Shown one piece after another: positions 1 through 11,577 of a stretch of DNA of 64,000 bases. How positions within the stretch are numbered: the stretch's first letter is position 1; each line of letters begins with the position of its first letter. Made by a program: the position numbers and the translations under genes. Below the pieces are notes generated by a model. It worked only from the letters and a program-made list of their open reading frames with translations, ran no database searches and was not told the origin of the DNA. The stretch is taken from NCBI GenBank assembly GCA_965655095.1, contig OZ296648.1, positions 5,394,001 through 5,458,000 of the forward strand, given 5' to 3'. This stretch comes from Haplodiscus bocki. Lineage: Eukaryota.

Positions 1-48
1 GAAAAAGAGAGGGGAACACAGAGATTTGTATATTACAGCAAATTTTTT

Positions 49-3000
49 CTATGGAAAGCCCATTTCAAACACTGGGGCGGCACGTCGATCACGCCCACTC
101 CGACGCGACTTGCCACGAGAAGCCTGTGCTGCCAGAACGGACGCAAAACTTGAATCTCCTCCTAAAGATCGCATCTGTGGATAAGCTGGGGGACTGGACA
201 TTTCAGATATCCGCGGCAACTTCAAGGGGCTCCGAGAGATTTGTCTCTTCCGCTTACTGGGGGAAGAACGAATTTTCCTTGGCTCAGGATGACCAAGAGC
301 ACGGGAAACAACTGGCACATATCAACGAGCTCCTCCTCAACGACATCTGAGATTCTCACCCCTGGCTTTTATGCTGTCTCACTGCGAGGGGTGCCACCAT
401 GATACCAGCGCTCACTCGTGTCTCTGGCAGTGCGACGGTGCAACAAAAGCCGATCCCAGCAGGCGCGCAGATCAGTGATGACTTGGCTCGCATATGCTGA
501 CTCCACCATTCTCCACGGGGCCTAGACTGGACTTGATGTAATGCTATCCGCGATAGCAACAGACTCAGACAACATTGTCAAGCCGGAATCTGAGAATAAA
601 CTTCTCTGTGTGAAGTGCCGGCTCCGAACACAATCCTGCACACGCACTTCTTCTCCTTTGGGGGCGAGACTGATAGGAATTTTTTCGCCACGAGTTGCAG
701 GCCCACGGATCACAACTATCGTCAACTGGATTACCTAAAACAGCAGAATCTCATGAGAAAAAGAAACAACTCTTGGAGGCCAGAACAACATGTTTGATAG
801 GACAGGATACATACTTTGTACAGGTGCTGACGAGCACGGAAATCAGCCTGTGCAGAAGAGAACGACAGAGCGTCACTTTCGTCAGGGCGGCTCCTTGTGG
901 TAGACCGTTCAAGCTGCAGCTGTTACTGCACACAGGACTGGTACTCAGCCCTGCATGCCTCAACTTTGCTCTCCCTGGTCCAACCCTTCTCCAAAAGCCC
1001 ATCCAAGAGCTTGTTAAACAGCTGAAAATGAGCGACGTCATCACCACCTACCACACTTGCAGGGCAGAAGTAGCCCATACCCTGTCCTATGACTAATCCA
1101 GCAGCAACGGTCGACAGACTACAAATCACAAATTCTTCTAGAAGGCGACGGGCATCACAGCAAAACTCTGTCCGTAGGCACTGGCTACCAACTTTGTCCA
1201 GTGCAGTCATCACACGCGAGTGCCGGAGAAAAAGTCTTTCTCATCAATCGCAGGAAACCGCGGGTGATTCGCAACAACGTAACCCACAAGTGGCAATCAT
1301 GAAGTTTTCTTAATGTTCTGCAGCAAGCAGTAGACATATCGTGCCAATTCTCCGAAGGCGAGGTATCTTTGATCTGCTGCAGTGGACGACTGAATAAAAC
1401 TGTTGGCAACTGAAACAGAATTATGTATCATAGACATGGCAAAAAAACCACCACACCCATGCTTTGCTATGATGGAGAAATCCACCCGAAAAAAAATATG
1501 GAAGCATTGTTGAAAGATACTAGTGTGTTCCTATGAAATGAGGAGTAAAAATTTTCCGGAATCGCTACGTGCCCATGGAAACTCAGCAGAAGAATATATG
1601 GGATTACTTACAGATTTCAATGATAAGATGCAGCAGACGCCACTTCATCCACGCCATTTGGTCCAGGTAGAAGAACCCGTCAATCTGATTCTTCCAAACA
1701 TTACAGATACAATAATTGCCGGTATGAAAATACACTAACACAATCGAAACAGGAAGAACTTACCACAAGACTATTGCCGCCCAGATACTCGCAAAGGGAT
1801 TCCGCGAGAACGGTCGATCCGCCGCTGATTGACGCCACCGACACGTCAAGCCACAGTGCACCTATTATTCGACCCAATGCTGAAACTTCTTCATGAAGAT
1901 TGCTGCCGTAGCAATCCAACGTTGCCACACAAGCTCTCCGCAACATTTTTATGTCCCAGGTGCGAAGAAACACCAGCACTTCGTCGCCTTGTTCCTCAAA
2001 CTCGGCGCGGCAGCTCCCGTGTGACTTTGCCCAATTGATGCAGCAAGAAAAACTCCGAGACGACATCCCATTCAGTATGATGGACCGAAGCATGCAACAA
2101 ACTGGATGCACACAGGCTACGTAGAAAATACAGGGCAACTGTAAATACTAACCAAGATCTCGTCGCGTGACCACGTAACATCCACTTTGACACGGACAGC
2201 AGACAAAGTAAACTGCGCCTTGAGCTGGTACACCAGCTCATAACTTCCGCCCGGATGCAGGACTTCAATGAAGGAGGAAAATTTCGCCATAATCCTAAGG
2301 TTCGGGTCCACTGCAGCACTCTCTTTGACAATGACGTCCTCGGAAAAAGGGTACTCCCTGTCTCTCACGACCAAAGGAGCCTTCATTATCTTCTCCCGTT
2401 GTCGCTCCACTTGTTCTGGACTCATGACATTCCCCTCATAATCCAACACTTCCCAGCCTGGCGTCTCCAATCTCAAAAGTTGGTCACAGGGGAAATGTTT
2501 GCTGCCCCGGAAGTGTCGCAAAACTTCATGGTGACCATCAGTCAATACAGAGACGTCCTTGCGCCAAATACGGCAGAAGAAACATTGGGTTTTGTAGCAA
2601 CATCCGTGAGCCCAGTCACAAAAAACTGCCCAAAATCACTGGCCCCAAGTTTTCTTCATTTTGTACGTCCTTTTGCACCGCAACTTTCGCCGGGGCTCAC
2701 CCATGTCCCACTCATCGCCACTTGTGTCACTGGTGTCGCCCAACCGAAGAACAGCACCGGGCGGCTTCTGCTCTACCTGCTCCAACCGGCTCAAGACATC
2801 ATCTAGTCCTGTGAACAGCAAATTTGCGTGAAAGATTTGGCGCATGGAAAGAAATATCAGGAGTGTGACCAAGAAACTTTGGTGAACTACAAACAATACG
2901 AAGAAAATAAAACAAAAAATGACGATGAAAACAAGTAACACTAACTAGTCACAATGGGGTGAAGAAATTATGCCCGCTCCTCAGCACAAATCGCACGACA

Positions 3001-3900
3001 AAAACCGACCAGCTGGTGACCTGTCGCCTTGATGGGCGTGATAGCATGATCGGCGGAAAAGTAGTATAAAACAAAACAACGGAATTGAGGAGCCGCCATG
3101 GAGCGCCACTAAAGAAATCCTCATTTCAGTTGATACACACCATCGTTGAAAGCCTGCTCCAACGACGTTCGACTGTGCTCGCGACTCGGGAAGTCTTTTG
3201 GGTCTGATGCACTTCGCGCTAGAGGCACTAAACGGCGAGATATTCTGGCACTTCTGAATCTCCTCTGCCTCTTCGTTTCAGCCTCTGTCGAGCTGTCCCC
3301 CTCTCCAGAAGCTAGTGGGACTTCCACTGGACTTGAAAACAGCGGAGATGAAAACTGACTCAAACCTCGCCTAATACAAAAGTTAAATTAACTCATAGTT
3401 GACTCACAATCCATGGGAGCATCTACTCTGGCGCCAACACCTTCCTCGCTCAACGTGGTGCGCCCAACCTCGAACTCAGTCCCGGAATAACCCGGAGCAC
3501 AGGAATCACTAATTTCTGGATGAACAGCAGGCTCACCAGATGAATCGAACACTAAAACACAATAGCCCCATGATGCCTTCTTCATGAACAGCCGCGCGCT
3601 GAATACTAGCTTACGGTATACATGAGTGGCCACCATATTATTCCTACACACTAAAAGCTATACAGCAATGAAGACACCCTCTGCCAACGTCTCCACTGAC
3701 AAATTTGCACGTGCCAGCGCATCCGCAAAAGTCCAGCAGACTCATCATCACCGACTGCAGTGATACCGCCCAGGATATCAACAAAACTATCATTGTCATC
3801 AGCTTCTTCTTCCAGAACACAATGACATGCAGCACTCTCCTCAGGACTCAGATGATCCACAAACTCCTGGCCTTCTTGCACAGCCACAGACACACCTGGT
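49..3900 (-). pseudogene. Multi-exon antisense cargo gene of element C; C2H2 zinc-finger protein, hAT-transposase-like (decayed)
   Basis: Chain of minus-strand ORFs (3651-3893, 3388-3651, 3121-3363, 2636-2941, 2117-2545, 1701-2138, 923-1213, 522-725). Zinc finger C-R-I-W(C)-x16-H-x5-H at ~2490-2572. Introns join the ORFs in frame: 814-735 (GTATGT..TTTTAG) gives HLYK|VIQL; 2152-2085 (GTTAGT donor, degenerate CGG acceptor) gives DEIL|SIIL. Homologous to 21900-25730 and 9273-10480. Confidence 0.7.
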
Positions 3901-4039
3901 ACAACACAAAAATTTGAGAATAGACTGGCCGTTCACGCAGTCTAATCAATTGCCAACTCCCACTTCGCAGAGCTTGACATACCCTCAGTGAATAGGGCGG
4001 TCACTTCACCCTCACCGCAAGACCTAGCCATTACAGATT

Positions 4040-4200
4040 TGGTGCAAGACGCGGCTAATGAGCTATTACATGATGGATTTACATAGTTATTCATGAAATT
4101 CCTAATTATTTCGATTTAGGTCAATACTTTGTCTGTCAACAATGACGTCAGCATGCATTTTCAGGGACACATTGAGGAACGATACGCAAATGTTCCTTCG
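4040..4200. promoter_or_regulatory. Putative bidirectional promoter between the antisense gene and the sense ORF3
   Basis: Non-coding block between two divergent ORFs. It is conserved with element A: 4131-4179 GTCTGTCAACAATGACGTCAGCATGCATTTTCAGGGACACATTGAGGAA vs reverse complement of 9130-9178 GTCTGCCAGCAAAAACATCAGCATGACATTTCAAGGATACGTTGAGGAA. Contains TGACGTCA (4143-4150). Confidence 0.45.
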
Positions 4201-4428
4201 ATTTAAAGACTCCATTTGCGAGATTTAATTACATCTCATAACTCCATCTTCAATCCTTACTTCCTAACTTCATCGACGCTGAGCAGGAACGCGGGAAAAT
4301 CAAAGGAAATCCCGTTCGATGAAAAGTGAATTATGATTACCTGAAATACTGATCACTTTCTGATTTCAATTGCTTCCATTCAGTTACTCCAATAAAAGGA
4401 GATTCCTTAAGTTTTTAATGTTTAATGT

Positions 4429-5202
4429 TTGAAGATGGCCTCCAATATGTCAACCAAATCGATTGACTCGGATGTATTTTATGTTGAGCAGTCGTCCAAC
4501 GACCCAAGTCTACCCAAACCAAACACGCCGATTGTCCTCAGCTCCACAGAGTTGTCAGGCAATGATACCCGAGAAATGATATTAATATCATCCATTGCAT
4601 TGCATGAAACGCAGTTTGTGACAATCGACTCTGGTTCGAATGAGCCGACAATGTCATATGGATTTGGACGGCAACTCCCAATTATTCCACCAAGCCTGAA
4701 TGATCTGAATCTGCGGCCTAATCCATTCAACATTCTGGCAACAATGGCGCTGCTAAACCCTACAGGAGATAGAAATGACAATAATTGTAGCCCCCAGTCA
4801 CCGGAGCCATCTGACTTTTCGCCCATCTCAACACGAGCCATGAACCTAAGTACTTTTGATACTTGGGAAACTCCGCATACCACAACGGACGACAACACTT
4901 TCTATCCGGAGGACGAGCCAAAACGAGTACACTGGACTTCTCCCCTGGATGAAACCTTCCATTCGGAAGGCAAACCCAGATGAATCTATCTGTTGTCCAG
5001 TCCATCCCCGCCGTCACCACCTCGCAAGATGCAGTGGAAGTTGGAGATGGGAATGTCCTTTTCAAAAAAAGAGGGAGTGTCACAGCACGTCTGCGAAGCC
5101 TGCCGACTAGTGATTCCCCCAACAAAGGACATTCAATTACCGTCGACTCTACTGAGGACTGAAGACAGTAAGACCATTTTTATGAAGCTAAAAAACCTAT
5201 AA
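4429..5202 (+). pseudogene. ORF3 of element C: Ser/Thr/Pro-rich protein crossing the PPT into U3 (one frameshift near 4980)
   Basis: ORF 4429-4983 plus ORF 4993-5202 (..GMSFSKKEGVSQHVCEACRL..) spans the PPT and LTR start. The VFYVE(Q/H)SS and CEAC motifs recur in element A at 8700-8850. Confidence 0.6.
5064..5077 (+). other. Polypurine tract of element C
   Basis: AAAAAAAGAGGGAG immediately 5' of the LTR start TGTCACAG. Confidence 0.8.
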
Positions 5203-6809
5203 GTTTTATCACTTACATATACCGCATCATATTTCATCAATTGTATTTTAAGGATACGTAGTAGTTACGTATCCACCTAGTACACATATATGTAATCCAT
5301 GCCAACGATACGTAGTAATTACGTATCGTTCCATAGCATGTAGTTCATGTAAAAAGCACGGATCCTATACGTGTAATTCTGAGGAACTGATCCGGATTGG
5401 GACGGGGCAGATACGGAGCAAATGGATATTCATCTACTTCCGTAATGTAGTTTTATGTTATTATTAGGTGGTATTTCTTTATAATTATTCTAACTAGTTT
5501 TTATATAAATCCACCTTTTTAACTGACTGGTGCAGTGAGTAATTTAATCGAACTGACAGTTTCAACAAGTTTTCAATAGCGGTTATCTATTATTACGGAG
5601 CGTGACTTTAAAAGTGAATCTTTGTTCCGTATGTGTTCCGTCGTAACTAATCTGGTAACGTCAGCAGAATTTCAGCCAATCCGCTGCGCTACTATCCTGT
5701 GTCACTTTGGACGGAGACGGAACGATTTCGTAGCCACCTGATTCATTCTCCTCAGTAGTACTGCGGAGAGCAGTGCTACAAGCGGTTACGTGGTCGCTCC
5801 GGATTGCTCCGGCCAAAGCTAGGCCTGAGCTGGCAGAACTCTGGAACGGACTAGGAAAATCCCTAGTTTTGTTCCCATCAAGGGAATTAATCGATGCAGT
5901 ATACGACCACATGAAAACAATAGTTTTTCCAGCTTTTATATGAACTTTATTTTAGGTATTTCATTTATTTTTCGAGGTATTTTTATTAATTTCCTCTGAT
6001 GGAAAACTTCTTTGATCTTTGTTTATGTTATTATTTATTGTGTCGGCGCGGGAATAGCCGCTTTGATGTCCATTTCTGACGGATTGGACTCGTATCCGAA
6101 AAATGGAAAGGAGGACGTCCATGAAGGAAGAAATGGACGGAGAGGTGTTTATTTCCTGCCAGAGTCGGCATTTATCCCTTTATAGATAATATGATTGAAG
6201 TACTTTTCCCTATTTGTACCTTGATTTAGCGTGTAATTAATTACGTTTCCCGCCAAGGAAACGCATAAATAGGAGAAAAGAAAGTACTATTATTATTATA
6301 TAAATTGCAGCCTTTCGGTATTGTACTGAATTTGATATCATTAACTGCTTGCATTTATTGAACCCTTCTCCCTCATAATAAGATGAGATTAACACCTATG
6401 TTTTAAAAAACAAAACTTCAATTCAGTCTTCACAGCTGACAACACTTTTCCTTCAGTATCATGGCAACTATGGGAAATAAGAGAAAATTAGCGGCAGTTT
6501 CGAGAGAAACACCTGAAAACACAAGGAACAGTCAGTCACAGAACACACTTGATCAAGAAATGGCTCAGGATTATAGCTCCCAGGTTTCTGAAGAGATCGA
6601 AGGGAGAGTAACTAAAAAAATTTCAAAAGAATTCAGCTGGACGGAGTCCCGCATTTTGGCTGCTTTGTCTAAACTTGTTGAATTTCTTCTGATCCCGCAA
6701 GTTCGGACTTGTTCCATAGCCGTTCCAGGAACATCCAGGAACAGCGACTCATAAAACCGGGAACCCATTGGTGATCGTTCCCCAAACGATCCCTGTCCCA
6801 AAGTGTTTT
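5078..6809 (+). repeat. 3' LTR of element C, left part (continues at 15525-15586)
   Basis: Begins with TG right after the PPT, is homologous along its length to the element A LTR, and contains the gag N-terminal ORF starting at 6461. Confidence 0.75.
6461..6809 (+). pseudogene. gag: gag N-terminal segment encoded inside the LTR of element C
   Basis: MATMGNKRKLAAVSRE..QVSEEIEGRVTKKISKEFS.TESRIL is homologous to the N-terminus of element A gag (14106 downward). Premature stop at 6752-6754. Confidence 0.7.
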
Positions 6810-8749
6810 TGTCATAGTCCCTTTCTGTACCAGAGTTATGTTCCATCTGACCGTGGAAGAGACTTGCTTCAGGATGAGGATCATTCTGGGAGTTGTCCTC
6901 ATTTGTTCCCTGGTTTATACCTGATGCGTTCCGGGTGGGCTCCGGAGTGGTTCCGGAGCCACTTGGTAGTAGTGGGTTCATAAAAAAATCATCGAGCCGC
7001 GCTAGTGCACCTAGGATGCGGCTTTTGTTCTGCTGAACTCCTTTGACAACCTCTTTGTGACCCTTCCCTCAATCTTCTCGGAAACTTGAGTTATGTAGTC
7101 CTCCTGCGATCTAGGAGCGCTTGAGTTTTGTGCCAAGTTGCTCCTAGGATGCTCTTCACAATTTTCCTTATTTAATGCTGCCAATTTCCTCTTGTTTCGA
7201 GTTGTCATCTTTTACGAGAAAAATAAAGATCAGTAAGTAATACTTGATTATTTTTCTGAAGGAGAAATCATATTCGGTCTTTTTAACAGTTTTTATCGAC
7301 ATCGAAGGGAAATACTATACTGGAATATTATCATCAGTATATTACAATAAATAAAAATTGTGTCCTCTGTACCTTCATTTCTCCTATTTATACCTTTTCC
7401 TGGCGGGAAACATAATTGTTTACACGCCAAGTCAAGGTACAAATAAGGAAAAGTACTGTCTAAAAGTAAAACATCAAAGTTAGAAATGCCGACTCTGGCG
7501 GGAACTAAACAACCTTTCCATCCATCTCTTCCATCATAAGACGCGCCTTTTCCATCTTCCGACAGAAAATGGACGGTCCTAATCCGTCGGAGATGAACAT
7601 CAAAGCCTTTATTCCCGCGCCGACATGTTGTTTACAGTCTTATTAAACTAATTTCCTTAATTGGGAAAGGAAAATAAAATGAGTAAAATGAAAAAAAGAA
7701 GAAATAAAATAAAATACAAAATTCATGACTTCATTCTAGAAACACATTAAATCATCATTTCCATGTTCATTTCATCATCACTTGATTATTTAGTCTTTTG
7801 GAAATGAGGAGAAACTAGTATCACTACTAGTTTACTCCTCGTTCCGACTAGTGGCTACTAGTGGTGTCCGGAACAGCTCCGTAGCCACTAGTAGTATTAG
7901 TTGAATTTCAGGTAGATACTAGTGGTATCCGGAACAGTTCCGTAGCCACTGGTAGCATTCGCTTCAATTCAGTCTGCTACTAGTGGTATCCGGAACAGTT
8001 CCGTAGCCACTGGTAGCATTCGTTTCAATTCAGTCTGCTACTAGTGGTGTCCGGAACAGCTCCGTAGCCACTAGTAGTACAAGTTAATTCAGTCAGCGTT
8101 ACTAGTGGTATCCGGAACAGTTCCGTAGCCACTGGTAGCATTCGCTTCAATTCAGTCTGCTACTAGTGGTATCCGGAACAGCTCCGTAGCCACTAGTAGT
8201 ACAAGTTAATGCAGTCAGCGCTACTAGTGGTATCCGGAACAGTTCCGTAGCCACTAGTAGTACTAGCTTCAATACAGTCAGGCGTGCTCAAAGTAGGAGT
8301 GAATACGGAGTCACTCCGTATTCACCATAGCACTGCAGCACAGCATAGCTATAAGAATGATTGTGACGTCACCAGACTAGTAGCGACGGAACGCGTACGG
8401 AACAAATATTCACTCCGAGAGTCAATTTGATAGCACTTTAGCACAGTAAGCTAAGTTAATAACACTCAAAAGGTGGATGTAAATCAAATAAAATGAATAA
8501 GTTATAACAAATTATAGCACCTTTTAGAATGAAACGCTCTGTGAATATCCCTTTGTTCCGTAACGGTTCCGTATTAGTCCGGATCAGTTCACTAGGGTGA
8601 TCCGTATATGATACGGATCAGTAACATGAAAATTAAGAGAAATATGAAATATTGTGTTTTATTTACAGCTCATCAATTCCCTTGAGAGTCTGGGAATGTT
8701 CTTTTCTTCTGCAGCTCTAATCCGCAGGCTTCACAAGCATACTGCGACA
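6810..8749 (-). repeat. 3' LTR of element A (1940 bp)
   Basis: Direct repeat of 13707-15524. Starts TGTCGCAG after the PPT and ends GACTATGACA. Confidence 0.9.
7850..8280. repeat. ~61-bp tandem repeat (7 units) inside the 3' LTR of A; each unit contains an inverted repeat
   Basis: Unit CTACTAGTGGT(A/G)TCCGGAACAG(T/C)TCCGTAGCCACT(A/G)GTAG plus a variable tail; arms CTACTAGTGG and CCACTAGTAG. Confidence 0.9.
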
Positions 8750-8930
8750 CTCCCCTTCTTTAAGAAAGGACATTCCACGGTCAATGTTTTTTGCCTGTTG
8801 TCATTGGGCTCTGCTCTTGACGAATGTTCCACATAGAAAACACAATTGTCACGATGTAGCCAATCACATGAATTGCATCAACTCGTAAATGAAGATTTTT
8901 GTATGTTGATAGAATCCATTGAAAAAACCA
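8700..8930 (-). pseudogene. Internally deleted ORF3 remnant of element A
   Basis: DNCVFYVEHSS (~8818-8850) matches IDSDVFYVEQSS of C. The downstream GGAATGTCCTTT..PPT..TGTCGCAGTATGCTTGTGAAGCCTGC (VSQYACEAC) matches C 5050-5103. Confidence 0.55.
8750..8761 (-). other. Polypurine tract of element A
   Basis: AAAGAAGGGGAG abuts the 3' LTR start and is absent in front of the 5' LTR. Confidence 0.85.
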
Positions 8931-9272
8931 AGGAGAACTTGTGAAGTGGCGGGGCAAATACGGAAACATTCCGTAGCTTTCTTGTCAGGCAGGAATTCCT
9001 TTGCAGTGTGAGTCGTGAAAGGTAAAAGAATGAAGTTAAGTGACATTAAGTGTAGTGTGATGTAAAGGATATTAGTCTTTAAACAAGACAAGGAATTGAA
9101 TATTTGAAATGAGGAAATTTTGAGTCCCATTCCTCAACGTATCCTTGAAATGTCATGCTGATGTTTTTGCTGGCAGACACATCCATCAAAATTAGATAAT
9201 ATAGGGGTAAAAGATAAAGTATGTAAATACACAGTTTAATAACTTGATAGTCTAATAGCCCCGTGCTTCAAT

Positions 9273-10480
9273 TTGAACAAGAAGAAAATTTTGTCAGTCA
9301 ATACAAAGGAGAGTGTTGTGGGTGTAGAAGACGTGGGCTCATCTCAGGGTGAGTTCGTCACTCAGGTTGCTGGAGCTGGCGAGCGAGAATTTCCAGTAAT
9401 TCCCGTGATGTCCCGGTTGAGAAGTTGCAGAGAAGTGAAGAAAAGGCGAGGTTGGAGAATCCGGAGTCAGTCCGTATCGAAACTGCATGCGTTGCTGCTG
9501 ATTTGGGTGTCCAGTACCCTGTCGTTTCCAGAGACTTTATCAAGGATGGGGATAAACGTCCCATGCCTGGAGAATGTGCCACTATAACTGCTGATGAGGC
9601 GGATGATTATGTGGATGTCGTTGGGAGCGGTACCCCGGTGCATAGTTATATGGAATCTGAGGGGTTCACCTTCAGAGAGTCCGTGAGCAATGCTTTCTTG
9701 AAAGACTTAAGCGGGGTTCTTGATACTTCTGGCATTCCCTCGTTAAAATTTTTAATTAATCTTATCTTCACTCTGCTTTAGCTTTTCTCGGTAGACTTTA
9801 CATATTCGCGACTATGTAAGTCTTTTTAAGCTAGTTATATCCGTGCGCACTATATCCTGAAGATGGCATCATGAGGTTGTTGGATTTCAGTGTATGGATC
9901 ATCTGGAGGGCCTGCTGGTCGTCCGCAGTGCTCCCGGGCAGTTTCCACTGAACTGTGTGGATCGGAATTTGACGTTGGTGGGCGACCTCTGAAAATGGGG
10001 TGCGGAAGAGAGCTTCCAGGAAAGGCGGCCTCATGGATATCCTTGAGAGTTGATTTTCTTCACATATAATTCAAATTCTCCGTTCATGTGCATTCATGTT
10101 TTAGCAACGTCTTTATGTGTAGGTGCTAATGAGGAGAGGCCTGTGAGATTTGGCCAGGAGAAATTTTCTACTGGGGTTGAGAGCGAGAGCCAGATTCGAC
10201 TGAAGAAGGCGATTGTAAGGAGACGTTTGGCTCCTTTTTCAAAATGCCGCATTGTCAAGAAAGATCCCCTTTGTTCCAGTTTTGATCGGAGCCGCACCTT
10301 CTTGAGGCGAGTTCTTGATGAGGGTAATGCTTTGGTTTCCTTGTGGAGATTTCTAGTATGATTCCTCATTTGATCCTAATTGCACCTTGTTTCCGTGTTA
10401 TGGACCAGTTTACTGCAGATCCTGCTTCTACGAGCACAAATGTCACCGGGCACCAGGTCGTGTTTAATAAGTGTCCGCTC
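9273..10480 (+). pseudogene. 5' part of the antisense cargo gene in element A
   Basis: SGGPAGRPQCSRAVSTELCGSEFDVG matches C SGEPAVHPEISDSCAPGYSGTEFEVG. STGVESESQIRLKKAIVRRRLAPF..SRTFLRRVLDEG matches C STEAETKRQRRFRSARISRRLVPL..SRTSLEQAFNDG. TGHQVV matches C TGHQLV. Candidate acceptor TGTGTAG|G at ~10122. Confidence 0.6.
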
Positions 10481-10559
10481 GGGTAGTTTTCGTGGATTAC
10501 TGGGATGACTCTAGTTTCCATACTACTTTTTCCCTAATTTTGGTAATGGTCAAATTTGG

Positions 10560-10850
10560 GGGTTCCGGCAGTACTCCGTACTCCTTTCCTGTTTATCGTC
10601 ACTAATCCATGGGAACTAGGAGATTTTTAGTAGCGTTCCTAGTCAGTTCCTCATTTTGTCGTGATAACAGCAGCTTGTACTAGGAAACTTCCAGGAGTAC
10701 TCCAAGGTGACTCCTCATTTGGTCGGGCGTCATCAGGGGGAAAACTAGGAAAGTTTCCGGACCACTCCTAGTTTCTGACTCATTCAGTTGGACGTTTCGG
10801 GGCAAACTAGGAAAGTTTCCGTATCACTCCTGGTTCAATCCTCATTTGGT
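10560..10850. repeat. Degenerate ~63-bp tandem repeat (4-5 units) in the internal region of element A
   Basis: Recurring ACTAGGA(A/G)A..TT...A..(A/T)CC...CTCATT at ~10615, 10679, 10744, 10807. Confidence 0.6.
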
Positions 10851-11577
10851 AGTCTGCTTCAGAGGTGGGAGGGAGTATCCAGTTTCTGCCATTCTCTGGT
10901 CACCTTGTTTGTGTCGTTTCAGTTGCACACAATTTCACCGAATTGGTCTAGGAGCGTGCTGATTATGGCTATTTGGCATTCGGGGAGCTCTCCCACTTTG
11001 TGTATTGTTTGCTACAAAAAGTGAAGCGGAGTAGCGATTTGCCAGTCATTGAGAAGTGGGGTGCGAGAAGAAGTAGTCGTGATTGCCGTAGTGCCCCAGT
11101 TTTCCAAGGGGGTTACCAATTACAAATTAATTGTTTTTATGTATAGACTTCTCGCATTTGAAAATTAGTAAAAGTTTGTATGAATTCAATTAGATTAGCC
11201 GTCAATTTTGCATGGGTAAAATGAGTAGGAAGCGTGTCGCTGTACAGGAAATATCCTCAAAACACAAGGAATATTTGTGTGTATTCCGTATTGTACCCGG
11301 AATCAAATTTTGGTGGATTTTCCGGAATGGTTCCGGAAACGCTCCGGATACCATCTAGTGATATATTAGGGCAGTGTGATGAGGATCCAATTTCCAGTAT
11401 CTGCAAGTGCCAAAAATTGTATTGTTCCATCTGTTGTGCTCGGTAGTTATTTCAGAACGTCTTCTAGGCGCTTGAAAGAATATATAGATTTTCCGCGTAT
11501 CATTTCCATAACACGTTCCTAGGGTTTCCGGAAAGTGTACGTATCCGTTCCATAGCACATACTAGGACAGGTTCCGA

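Noticed and set aside
4429-5202. ORF3 as an env gene
   Set aside because: It has no signal peptide, furin site/fusion peptide or TM anchor, and it is short and low-complexity.
7850-8280. CRISPR-like appearance of palindromic repeats with variable tails (also the PBS array at 13500-13706)
   Set aside because: The 'spacers' are related to each other and reused, the arrays lie inside a eukaryotic LTR element, and no cas genes are present.
5078-8749. Long inverted-repeat (DIRS-like or foldback) element around 6810
   Set aside because: It is explained by antisense nesting of element A in C's LTR (C's frame resumes at 15525); no tyrosine recombinase was seen.
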